Part shown: piece by piece, positions 9,675 to 17,090 of the stretch | Position numbering within the stretch: position 1 is the stretch's first letter | Layout: every line of letters begins with the position of its first letter | Origin: Micromonospora sp. 067-2 | Lineage (GTDB): Bacteria; Actinomycetota; Actinomycetes; Mycobacteriales; Micromonosporaceae | Length of the DNA stretch: 32,000 nt | Reading direction: 5' to 3' | NCBI RefSeq assembly: GCF_046549295.1 | Contig: NZ_JAJPWB010000014.1 | Location: 135,495-167,494, forward strand | Notes under the pieces: model-generated | Databases searched by the model: none | What the model saw: the letters and a program-made list of their open reading frames with translations, nothing else | Told to the model about the DNA's origin: nothing | Made by a program: the position numbers and the translations under genes

Positions 9675-10563
9675 TCAGGTGGGATTTATCGACTTTCAAC
9701 ACGTGTTGAGCGGTCTTCAGTAGGTTGGGCAGGCGATCTATCGCGTCACCCGTTCCAACGTCAAATTCTCCTCCGTATTTCTCGAAGGCCATTCGGGTCA
9801 ATTCAGCTGAGTCCCCATCGAAGTCCACACGTGACTCGCGAATTGTTTGTCCCGTTTGCAAATCTACATGTAGTAGACGGTTGTCGTCGGCAGAGTCCAT
9901 GCAGGTCAATGAACTGTGGATGTCGGAGGTCACGCACGCTGTCTGCCGAGCGGGCAGGTTGCAGGCTTCGACTCCCGCCTCTTGGTGGGCCGTATAGATG
10001 ATTTGGCCGATCCGGTCATAGGCGTACGAGGTTGCCTCCAGCAACTCCCACTCTGGCAAAGCGCGGTCGATCCAACGCCGGTTGATTGTGATTGTGCCTG
10101 TTGGCGGTATGGTGTTCGCGACGAGTATGCCCGCGAGGATTTGTCTTGTAGGAAAGCGAGGGGGAAACTGAAGAGTTTTTTCGAATTCATGTGTCCAGTC
10201 GAGTGAGATGCGGACCTTTGCTTCACTGTGGATCTCTAGGTCCGCTTCCTTGACGATCCGATTGCGGGATTTGACAATCCACTTCATCACGGAGTCGTCT
10301 TTTGCGGAATCCTGCCATGCCCCATACCAATGTCGAAAATTGGTAAAGTCGCCTTTCCTCTTTTGAAGGAGCCAGGTGATGTTGCGCAGGTTCTGTATCA
10401 GTGCATTAAGGTTCAGGCGGAACCCATCAGGGCTCATATACGAATCTGCGGTCATGTGCCAGTGTGCATGGCAATCCATGAACCGCCGATGCGCGTCTCT
10501 GATGGGGCAGGGGAGCCGTTGGTCGTCCCCAACTTTCGGCTCGCCTATAGGACCCTCGTGCAT
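9652..10563 (-). CDS. Low-GC orphan protein (303 aa as it now stands), function unknown
   Basis: This is the part of track ORF 9652..11070 (-) downstream of the ATG at 10563 (MHEGPIGEPK). The upstream 169 codons overlap the IS transposase in another frame and are Pro/Ser/Ala shadow sequence. The body is Lys/Asn/Ile/Trp-rich and about 50% GC, unlike every neighbour. No recognisable domain. Confidence 0.7.
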   Translation of the reverse strand: MHEGPIGEPKVGDDQRLPCPIRDAHRRFMDCHAHWHMTADSYMSPDGFRLNLNALIQNLRNITWLLQKRKGDFTNFRHWYGAWQDSAKDDSVMKWIVKSRNRIVKEADLEIHSEAKVRISLDWTHEFEKTLQFPPRFPTRQILAGILVANTIPPTGTITINRRWIDRALPEWELLEATSYAYDRIGQIIYTAHQEAGVEACNLPARQTACVTSDIHSSLTCMDSADDNRLLHVDLQTGQTIRESRVDFDGDSAELTRMAFEKYGGEFDVGTGDAIDRLPNLLKTAQHVLKVDKSHLTFAYLLD

Positions 10564-10687
10564 CGACAAATCATACGTCCACCCGGACTCGCTTAGCAGT
10601 CCCAGGTCCGGGAGGATTGGATTCGGGGCTGGCAGCGACGGCCCCGGCAAGGCTTCCGTCCTGAGAGCGTGTTTGAGATGGGGCTGG

Positions 10688-11368
10688 TCAGGTCCAGGTG
10701 AAGGTGCGGCGGGCTTGGCGTCGGGCGGGTCGACCGCGGGTGATGCGGCGTGCCATGCCGGCGATGGCGGCCCAGCGGATGATGGCTTCGGAGGTCTCGG
10801 GGTGGCGTTCGTAGTCGCGGGCCAGTCGGCGGCATGCGGTGAGCCAGGCCAGAGTGCGTTCGACGACCCAGCGGCGGGGATGCACGGCGAAGCCGCGCTG
10901 GTCGGGGGGCTTGCGGACGATCTCGAGGGTGGTGCGCAGGATGTCGCGGGTCCAGTCGACGAGTCGTCCGGTGAAGCCCTGGTCGGCGAAGACGTGTCGG
11001 ATCGGGGCGGCCATGTAGGCGCCCAGCAGAGCGGTCTTGGCGCCGTCGCGGTCCTGCCAGCTTGCGGCAAGGACGGTCACGGTGACCAGCAGGCCCAAGG
11101 TGTCGGTGACGATGAACCGCTTGCGGCCGTTGACCTTCTTCCCGTCGTCGTAGCCCCGGCTGTCTCGGCCGACGGTGTCAGCGCCCTTCACTGACTGGGA
11201 GTCGATGATTCCCGCCGACGGCTGCGGCTCGCGGCCCTGCTGCACCCGAGCCTTGATACGCAGCGCCGCCAGGAGCTTCTCGGTCACACCGGCGTCTTCC
11301 ACCGGGTGAAGTACCAGTACACCGTCTGCCACGGCGGAAGATCTGCCGGCAGAAACCGCCACGGACAC
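10688..11368 (-). CDS. IS5-family transposase, DDE catalytic ORF (orfB), in the -1 frame relative to orfA
   Basis: IIDSQSVKGADTV...GYDDGKKVNGRKRFIVTDTLGLL...VFADQGFTG...VVERTLAWLTACRRLARDYE are the DDE-domain blocks. A -1 slip after the AAG codon of ...TRWK joins orfA to DAGVTEKLLAAL and yields a protein of normal length. Confidence 0.85.
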   Translation of the reverse strand: MSVAVSAGRSSAVADGVLVLHPVEDAGVTEKLLAALRIKARVQQGREPQPSAGIIDSQSVKGADTVGRDSRGYDDGKKVNGRKRFIVTDTLGLLVTVTVLAASWQDRDGAKTALLGAYMAAPIRHVFADQGFTGRLVDWTRDILRTTLEIVRKPPDQRGFAVHPRRWVVERTLAWLTACRRLARDYERHPETSEAIIRWAAIAGMARRITRGRPARRQARRTFTWT

Positions 11369-11529
11369 CCCGCCCGAACCACGTACAGGATCGCGTTGAC
11401 GATCTCCCGCCGCGGGTGCTTCTCCCGCCGCCCGTCCGTGTTCGGCTCCGGCAGCAGCGCCTCGATCAGCGCCCGCTGAGCATCAGTCAGGTCCGAGTGA
11501 TAACCATGACGAGCAGACACCCGAGCCAC
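11284..11529 (-). CDS. IS5-family transposase, N-terminal ORF (orfA)
   Basis: GYHSDLTDAQRALIEALLP...AILYVVRAGCPWRFLPADLPPWQTVYWYFTRWK is the canonical N-terminal DNA-binding region of IS5/IS427-type transposases. Confidence 0.85.
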   Translation of the reverse strand: MARVSARHGYHSDLTDAQRALIEALLPEPNTDGRREKHPRREIVNAILYVVRAGCPWRFLPADLPPWQTVYWYFTRWKTPV

Positions 11530-11917
11530 CCTGCCCGCTGAAGACCCTCGGCGTCACGCCAACACACCGTCCACAACAGACCTTCTCAAACACGCTTTAA
11601 GGTTCCTGGCGTGGTGGCGCCCTGCGGGCGCCCGGCTTCCCAGAGCAGGAGGTCCGGGTGCGGGCACGGGAGGGGGCCGGGCGGGTCTTCCCGCCTCCGG
11701 AGTCTTACGGCAACAGCGTCTGGGGCGCCGGAGCTCACGTCACGCCGCCGGTGGCGTCCGATGCCATCGACGACATGCGGATCGTGCCACCCGTCTTCAT
11801 GCCACGTCGACTCGAGGAGATTCGTCGGCGGTTCGGCGTTCGGTGACGCTGGTGCGGTTCGGCTCGCCTCTGCTGGCCGTGAGTGATTGACAGGTGACGT
11901 GAATGTGATCCTCATGT

Positions 11918-13792
11918 TTGACTATGGACATGGCGGCGGGGGAAGCGCGGTTGTCGATCGACTGCGGCAGCGCCGGCACCCAAGCCGTCCTGGCGTGCGC
12001 CGACGGCAGCGCACACGTGCTGACATTCGACGGGAATCCACCCCTACACCGCACGCCGCATATGCCCGCCAACGGACAAGCGACGGGGCAACCCGCAGCG
12101 TTCATTCCGGGGCCGCGCCAGCCGGTGGAGGACGCGACAACAGGTGACGCTCGCGGCGACGCGCTGGAGGTGGCGGCGTCGCCGCTGCGCAGGGTCGCCG
12201 CCGAAGCCGAGCGGGTCGTCGGTCAGCCGGTGCGCGATGTGCGGGTGGTAGTCCCTGCGGGGTGGGGGCCTCGGCGGCGGACCTGGATGCGGCAGGTCGC
12301 GCACCGGGCGGGGTTGCCGCAACCGCGTCTGGTGGAGGCCCCGGTGGCGGTCGCCGAGTATCTGCTCACCACTGGTGTGCGGGTGCCGGTCGGTGCGTTC
12401 CTTGTTGTTTGTGACGTCGGCGCGGGCGCGGAGGTGACGGTGCTGCGCCGCGGGCCGGCCGGGTTCGAGGTCCTCGCGACCCTCGCCGACGCCGCGGCTG
12501 GCGGCACGGCAGTCGATCACGCGCTCGCCGACGCCCTCATCGGCGCGTCGACGGGAGAGGGTCAGCGCGCGTCGGTGGCGGACAGCGTTCGGGTGGCCAA
12601 GGAAGCGTTGGTGAGCCATCCGGCTGTCACGGTGCCGCTCCCGGACCGGCCGCCGGTGATTGCGAACAGCGCGATGCTCGACGAGGCCGTCCGGCCGGTG
12701 GCGTGGCGCGTGGCGCAGTTGACGCAGGAAACCGTCGCCGCCGCCGAGCTCACGGTCGGCGACCTCGCCGGTATCTACTGTGTGGGCGGCAGCGCCCAGC
12801 TACCGCACCTAGCGGCGGCGATCGCCGAGCACACAGGCGCCGCACCCGTCGTCGTGCCCGAGCCGGGGCTGGTCGCGGCCCGGGGCGCCGCTGACGTCGG
12901 CGCCGTCGATATCGCGACGGTCGAGCGGGTGGAGGTGCCGGTGCCGCCCGTGCGGCGGGCGGCGGCGATCGCGGTCCCAGGCTTCGCGTCGCTGGCCCTG
13001 ATCTGGCAGTGCCTCCTGACCGCGGAGCGGCACGGGACGCTCGGTGTGTACTACTCGGTGAGTGTGAACTGGGGCGAGTTCACGATGGCGGCGGTGATGG
13101 CCCTGCTGGCGTGCCTGGCCGCGGGCACGGTCCTCGGCTCGCTGATCGCCGCCCGCAGTCCCACCCCCGGCACCCGAACCGAAGGGGGAAGGGTCAGCGT
13201 CGGGATCCTCGCCGCGGTGTCCCTCGGCGCGGCGATCGCTGGCCTGTACGCGGTGGTCACCAGCCAATACTTCGGTGTGCCCGTCGGCCCGTACCTGAAG
13301 TGGGCGCTGTGGCCGATCGCGCCGGTGTCGGTGATGGCCGTGGCGATGGCGGTCGTCGCCGCTCGGCAGTGGCGTGCCCCGCACGGCGGCTGGTCGGCGT
13401 TGCTGGCCGCGCCGACCGGATCCATCGTCGCCGCCACGCTCGGCATGGGGTTGATCCAGTACTCTCTGACCGCCGACCGGTGGCCGGATCGGATCCTGTG
13501 GATCGACATCGCCGGCCGCGTCGGCGGTCTCCTCCTCGGCGTCGCCGTGGTCATGGCAGTGGTGACGCCCCTGATGTTCCGCCTCATCCTCGCCGCCCCG
13601 CTGGCGGTGATCTTCGCGGCGATCGTCAGTAGACGGGCCGCCGGCATGCTCGGCGTCATCTACGCCGTCGCCGTCGCGACTTGGTGGGCTACTCGGCTCT
13701 GGAGCCGTGTCCTGCGCCCCGCCCCACCCGCCCGCACCGCACTGGCCACGGGCCGGGTTCGGGCGGACATGTCACCGGGTGAAGGCGCGTGA
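11918..13792 (+). CDS. Hsp70/actin-fold ATPase domain fused to a C-terminal polytopic membrane domain
   Basis: All five Hsp70-type nucleotide-binding motifs are recognisable in order: LSIDCGSAGTQAV (phosphate 1), VVVPAGWGPRRRTWMRQVAHRAGL, LVEAPVAVAEYL (like NEPTAAALAY), LVVCDVGAGAEVTVL (phosphate 2) and IYCVGGSAQLPHLAAAIAEHTGAAPVVVPEPGLVAARGAA (adenosine motif). From about aa 350 there are ~8 hydrophobic helices and no Hsp70 substrate-binding domain. The start could be the TTG at 11918 or the ATG at 11924 or 11930. Confidence 0.85.
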   Translation: MTMDMAAGEARLSIDCGSAGTQAVLACADGSAHVLTFDGNPPLHRTPHMPANGQATGQPAAFIPGPRQPVEDATTGDARGDALEVAASPLRRVAAEAERVVGQPVRDVRVVVPAGWGPRRRTWMRQVAHRAGLPQPRLVEAPVAVAEYLLTTGVRVPVGAFLVVCDVGAGAEVTVLRRGPAGFEVLATLADAAAGGTAVDHALADALIGASTGEGQRASVADSVRVAKEALVSHPAVTVPLPDRPPVIANSAMLDEAVRPVAWRVAQLTQETVAAAELTVGDLAGIYCVGGSAQLPHLAAAIAEHTGAAPVVVPEPGLVAARGAADVGAVDIATVERVEVPVPPVRRAAAIAVPGFASLALIWQCLLTAERHGTLGVYYSVSVNWGEFTMAAVMALLACLAAGTVLGSLIAARSPTPGTRTEGGRVSVGILAAVSLGAAIAGLYAVVTSQYFGVPVGPYLKWALWPIAPVSVMAVAMAVVAARQWRAPHGGWSALLAAPTGSIVAATLGMGLIQYSLTADRWPDRILWIDIAGRVGGLLLGVAVVMAVVTPLMFRLILAAPLAVIFAAIVSRRAAGMLGVIYAVAVATWWATRLWSRVLRPAPPARTALATGRVRADMSPGEGA

Positions 13793-13793
13793 C

Positions 13794-15893
13794 ATGCGGT
13801 GGCCGCGGCAGCTGATGTCGCTGCTGTTCGTCCTCGCGCTTCTGGTCGGCCCTCCAATAGTGCTGCTGTCACTGGTCGGAGCACCGATACAAGGTTGGCC
13901 GACCGCCGCGCAGGCAGAGGAGTGGGTGCAGAACCCGCTGACCGAACAGACCCTCACCGCCGCGCTGACCATCGCGGCGTGGCTGGTGTGGCTCCTGCTC
14001 GCCTACACGGTCACGATCCGGGTGCTGGCACGCCTGAGCGCGACCGTGTCGTGGCTGCGGCGCATGCCGCTGCCGACGCCCTGGCAAGCCACCGCCGGTG
14101 GCATCGCCGGCGCGGCCGTGTTCGGCGTCAGCTCCCACGCGATCGCCGCACCGCCACCGCCGCCCACGCAGCCGGTAGCGGCAGGAACCCTCTATGAGGC
14201 CGGCAACCTGACGCCATCAGACGGCGACGTCCTAGCCGACGCGGGGATCAGCGTCGCCGGTGGCTGGCTGCCGCGCGACGTGGCGGAGCAGGTCAGCGCG
14301 GCGGCGGCGCTGGTGTGGCTGCGTCGCCGTCGCTCCTACCGGCCCCGCCCGCCCGGTCCGCCGAGCCGCGAGGACTCGGACCTGGCGCCGTTGCCCCCGA
14401 CGGTGGCGGCCGTGCAAGCTGCCCTCGCCAATTCGACGCCACCGCCTACCGAACCCGGCGCCGCCTCGGCGGGCTCGTCGCTGCTCGACCGGCCAACCGT
14501 CGCCGGGGCTTTCCCCCGAGCTGGGGTCGGTCTCACCGGGCTGGGGGCGCAGGACGCGGCGCGAGGCCTGCTCGTCACCAGCCTCCTAGCTGGGCGTCAT
14601 CACCCGGCAGTGTCCGTGGTCGTCACCCGACCTGTCCTGGCCGGGTTGCTCGGCCCCACCGCCGAAACGCTGGGCCCACGCCTACCGAGGCTGGCCGTCA
14701 TCGACAACCTCAGACAGGCAGCGGAGTTCTTTTCCAGAGACCACCCTGGTCGTGGCCTGGGCAGACGAGACCAGGCACACCGTGACACACAGGAGGGCAC
14801 CGGCCAACCCGGACCAACCCTCATCGTCGACGAGGCGTCCGCGACGGACAACGCCGACACCCTGGCGACTCTGGCCATCACCTCCGCCGCGGTGGCCGTG
14901 CTTGGACGGTGGCCGGCCGCCGAAACATGGCAGATCGACCCGTCGGGGCGCACCCACCACCAGGACGGCAGCGGGTTAGCCGGGCTACGGATGTGTGTCC
15001 TTAGCCAGATCACGGCCATTGACCTGCTCACCGTCATCGCCCACCCCGACACGGCGCCGCCAGAGCCTGGTACCTCCGGCCCGTCGCGCAACCCCGCCCT
15101 GGCAGGCCGGACCCCACAGTGGGAGGCCACTGCCCAGGACCACCCCGTCCGCTCAGGCAACGACAAACGACGCGTTCAGCTACGCGTGCTGGGCGAAGCG
15201 ACACTGCTGCTGGACGGCCACCCGGTGGAGATCCGGCGTACCGCCGCGCTCCAAGTCCTCGTGTTCCTCGCCGCCCACCCCGACGGAGCCGACACCCGAC
15301 AGCTGACCCACGCCATCTGGCCGGGCCTGCCCCGCCGCTCTCTCACCGGCCGCCTCTACACCACCCTCAGCGACCTCCGCGCCACCATCCGGTCCACGGC
15401 CGGGGTGACCATCATCGAGCACAGCGACGACCGGTACCGCCTCGACCCCACCGCCGTCACCGTCGACCTGTGGCACTTCCACCACGCGGTCCGCGACGCC
15501 ACCACCACCGTCGCCACCCACGCGACGGCCTGGAAGGCCGTCATCGATGCCTACCCCGGTGACCTCGCCGCCCGACGGACCTGGCCCTGGCTCGACCCGG
15601 TCCGCGAGGCCACCCGCCGGCACGTCATCGACGCACACGCGGCTCTCGCCAGCGCCAGCCCTGACGCCCGTGAGGCCCTGGCATGGCTGCAGGCCGGCAT
15701 CCGCATCGACCCGTACAACGCCGACCTGCACACCCGCGCGGCCAGCGCACTCATCACCCTCGGCGACCACGACGCGGCCGACCACATACGGGAGGGCTAC
15801 ACCCGACGCCTCGCCGCAGCGGGCATACGCCCCACCGACACGGCCGACGGAACAGCCACCCTCAGAGACCAGCCCGGCATCCCCACCCGGTAA
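13794..15893 (+). CDS. Membrane-anchored SARP-type regulator: N-terminal TM helices, Pro/Ala-rich linker, central domain, C-terminal OmpR-like winged helix plus BTAD
   Basis: The ATG at 13794 lies 1 nt after the upstream TGA (13790-13792). The N-terminus has hydrophobic helices LMSLLFVLALLVGPPIVLLSLVG and LTAALTIAAWLVWLLLAYTVTI. The C-terminus reads VQLRVLGEATLLLDGHPVEIRRTAALQVLVFLAAHPDGADTRQLTHAIWP...RYRLDPTAVTVDLWHF (SARP DNA-binding domain). This is followed by AYPGDLAA...WLDPVRE...AWLQAGIRIDPYNADLH (BTAD/TPR-like). Confidence 0.85.
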   Translation: MRWPRQLMSLLFVLALLVGPPIVLLSLVGAPIQGWPTAAQAEEWVQNPLTEQTLTAALTIAAWLVWLLLAYTVTIRVLARLSATVSWLRRMPLPTPWQATAGGIAGAAVFGVSSHAIAAPPPPPTQPVAAGTLYEAGNLTPSDGDVLADAGISVAGGWLPRDVAEQVSAAAALVWLRRRRSYRPRPPGPPSREDSDLAPLPPTVAAVQAALANSTPPPTEPGAASAGSSLLDRPTVAGAFPRAGVGLTGLGAQDAARGLLVTSLLAGRHHPAVSVVVTRPVLAGLLGPTAETLGPRLPRLAVIDNLRQAAEFFSRDHPGRGLGRRDQAHRDTQEGTGQPGPTLIVDEASATDNADTLATLAITSAAVAVLGRWPAAETWQIDPSGRTHHQDGSGLAGLRMCVLSQITAIDLLTVIAHPDTAPPEPGTSGPSRNPALAGRTPQWEATAQDHPVRSGNDKRRVQLRVLGEATLLLDGHPVEIRRTAALQVLVFLAAHPDGADTRQLTHAIWPGLPRRSLTGRLYTTLSDLRATIRSTAGVTIIEHSDDRYRLDPTAVTVDLWHFHHAVRDATTTVATHATAWKAVIDAYPGDLAARRTWPWLDPVREATRRHVIDAHAALASASPDAREALAWLQAGIRIDPYNADLHTRAASALITLGDHDAADHIREGYTRRLAAAGIRPTDTADGTATLRDQPGIPTR

Positions 15894-16095
15894 CGCCGCC
15901 GGCCCCGAGCACGGGCGAACCCGTTCGTGACAGCCCGAACTGTGCTACCCCCATGCGCTTCCGGGAGCACTTCCGCTTTCGGCTGCCTCCGTGCTCGGTC
16001 CCGAACGGCCAGCTCGTCCTGCTAATAGGGGGCGCCACTTGGCCGCAGCAGATGCCGCGGGCCTGTCTCGCTAACGGTGTTTGCGGCGATCTTGG

Positions 16096-16395
16096 TTAGT
16101 AGGTTTCAGCGGCTGGGAAGCGGTCGCTGAAGGTGATGGCGAAGGCGTTCAACGCGGGCTTCCAGCGCATCGTCCATCGGGTTCTTTCTGCTCCGGTGGG
16201 GTCCAACGATCGGGTCACCAGGTACGGACACTTCAACGCGGCCAGCTCGTTGGGGAAGTGGCCGCGGGCTTTCACGCCCCGTCGGTAGCGGGCGTTCAAC
16301 GACTCGATCGCGTTCGTGGAGCAGATGACGGTGCAAATCTCCACGTCGTAGTTCAAGAAGGGGATGAACTCGGCCCAGGCGTTGTCCCACAGGCG
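16096..16395 (-). mobile_element. IS256-family (mutator-type) transposase, C-terminal remnant only
   Basis: RLWDNAWAEFIPFLNYDVEICTVICSTNAIESLNARYRRGVKARGHFPNELAALKCPYLVTRSLDP...RWKPALNAFAITF is the conserved C-terminal ~95 aa of IS256 transposases. Upstream sequence in the same frame is unrelated, so the element is 5'-truncated. Confidence 0.8.
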
Positions 16396-16463
16396 GCGAT
16401 CCCGATGATGTGCACGATGCTGACCGTGGTCGCGGTGATCCGTGACGGGGCATCCGCGGGGGC

Positions 16464-16673
16464 GTGCACACTCTCGCCGGACTGGTGCGCAGCCTGCCCT
16501 GCTACCTCGCCTTCTGCGTCACGGTCGCGCTCACCGCCGCCGTCGCAGGCACCACGTGCGTCGGACTCGGCCTGCTGGCCTGCCTTGCGGCGGCCTCCCT
16601 CACCTGGAAACGCGTGCCGGTCGCCCGGACCTCGGCGCTCGACTCTGGCCAGGTGCTGGAAACGGCGGCCTGA
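16464..16673 (+). pseudogene. Fragment of a membrane sensor-domain protein (possible stub of another histidine kinase N-terminus)
   Basis: 69-codon ORF with about 88% G/C at third positions and two hydrophobic helices (LPCYLAFCVTVALTAAVAG, CVGLGLLACLAAASL). It resembles the 'putative sensor' N-terminal modules of actinobacterial kinases. It is far too short to be a complete gene. Confidence 0.3.
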
Positions 16674-16818
16674 TCTCGTCCGGACGCCTGAAGAAGGTCG
16701 TTGCTGCGCTGGCTGCGCGCTCGAGGCAGCGGATGGCTTCTTTGTGGGTCTGGCCTGCGGCCCGTTTCCGCTGGTAGTCCTGTCCCGGGGTCGCTCTTTT
16801 GATCTGGGCGATGGCCAT
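16600..16818 (-). mobile_element. IS110-family transposase, C-terminal remnant
   Basis: PGQDYQRKRAAGQTHKEAIRCLER matches the conserved C-terminal YYxRKRAEGKxHxxAxxxLAR block of IS110-type transposases. Nothing corresponding to the N-terminal catalytic domain is present. Confidence 0.5.
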
Positions 16819-16828
16819 GACGTGCAGC

Positions 16829-17077
16829 GCGCTTGATCTCCTTGAGTACCTCCCGGCCGTCGCGGAGCGGCTAAACCAGGTCGAGCAGGATCAGATCGGG
16901 ACTCGCCGCGTCGGTGTACAGACCCTCGCGCCGCAGGTAGGCCAGCGCCTCGGCGCCGTCGGAAACGACGCGCAGGCGGTTGCCCAGCCTGTGTTCGGCG
17001 AATGCCTCCTGGGTCATCAACACGTCACGGGCATCGTCCTCGACCAGCAGAACCTCGATCGGGTTATCCCCGTGCAC
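16829..17077 (-). pseudogene. Response-regulator receiver domain: in-frame TAG, then truncated
   Basis: [20 protein letters not shown]...[13 protein letters not shown]...[22 protein letters not shown]. The stop codon (16868-16870) sits where the conserved Leu of LLDLNLPxxDG belongs. Homology ends near 16829, where the IS110 remnant begins. Confidence 0.75.
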
Positions 17078-17090
17078 TGCACCGCAATGG

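Larger units (their letters stand above)
10661..11601 (-). mobile_element. IS5-family (IS427-group-like) insertion sequence, apparently complete (~0.94 kb)
   Basis: Terminal inverted repeats have a perfect 13-bp core: AGCGTGTTTGAGA at 10666-10678 and its reverse complement TCTCAAACACGCT at 11584-11596. Imperfect matches extend a few bp outward, so the exact ends are uncertain by about 5 bp. The repeats enclose the two overlapping transposase ORFs. Confidence 0.8.

Noticed and set aside
10564-11070. The N-terminal 169 codons of the 472-aa track ORF 9652..11070 (-), which would make the orphan protein much longer.
   Set aside because: This part overlaps the IS transposase orfB in another frame, crosses the IS inverted repeat, is high-GC Pro/Ser/Ala-rich, and changes character abruptly at the island boundary. 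The ATG at 10563 is the credible start.
10661-11601. A direct target-site duplication flanking the IS.
   Set aside because: The flanking triplets are TGA and TTA. They are similar (TNA) but not identical, and the exact IS ends are uncertain by a few bp, so no duplication is claimed.
11586-11915. ORFs between the IS and the Hsp70-like gene (11586..11915 -, 11658..11846 +, 11611..11886 +), and a small GGCGCCC-TGC-GGGCGCC hairpin at 11616-11632.
   Set aside because: The ORFs have no recognisable motifs and mutually overlap in several frames. The hairpin is only 7 bp in very GC-rich DNA and could arise by chance.
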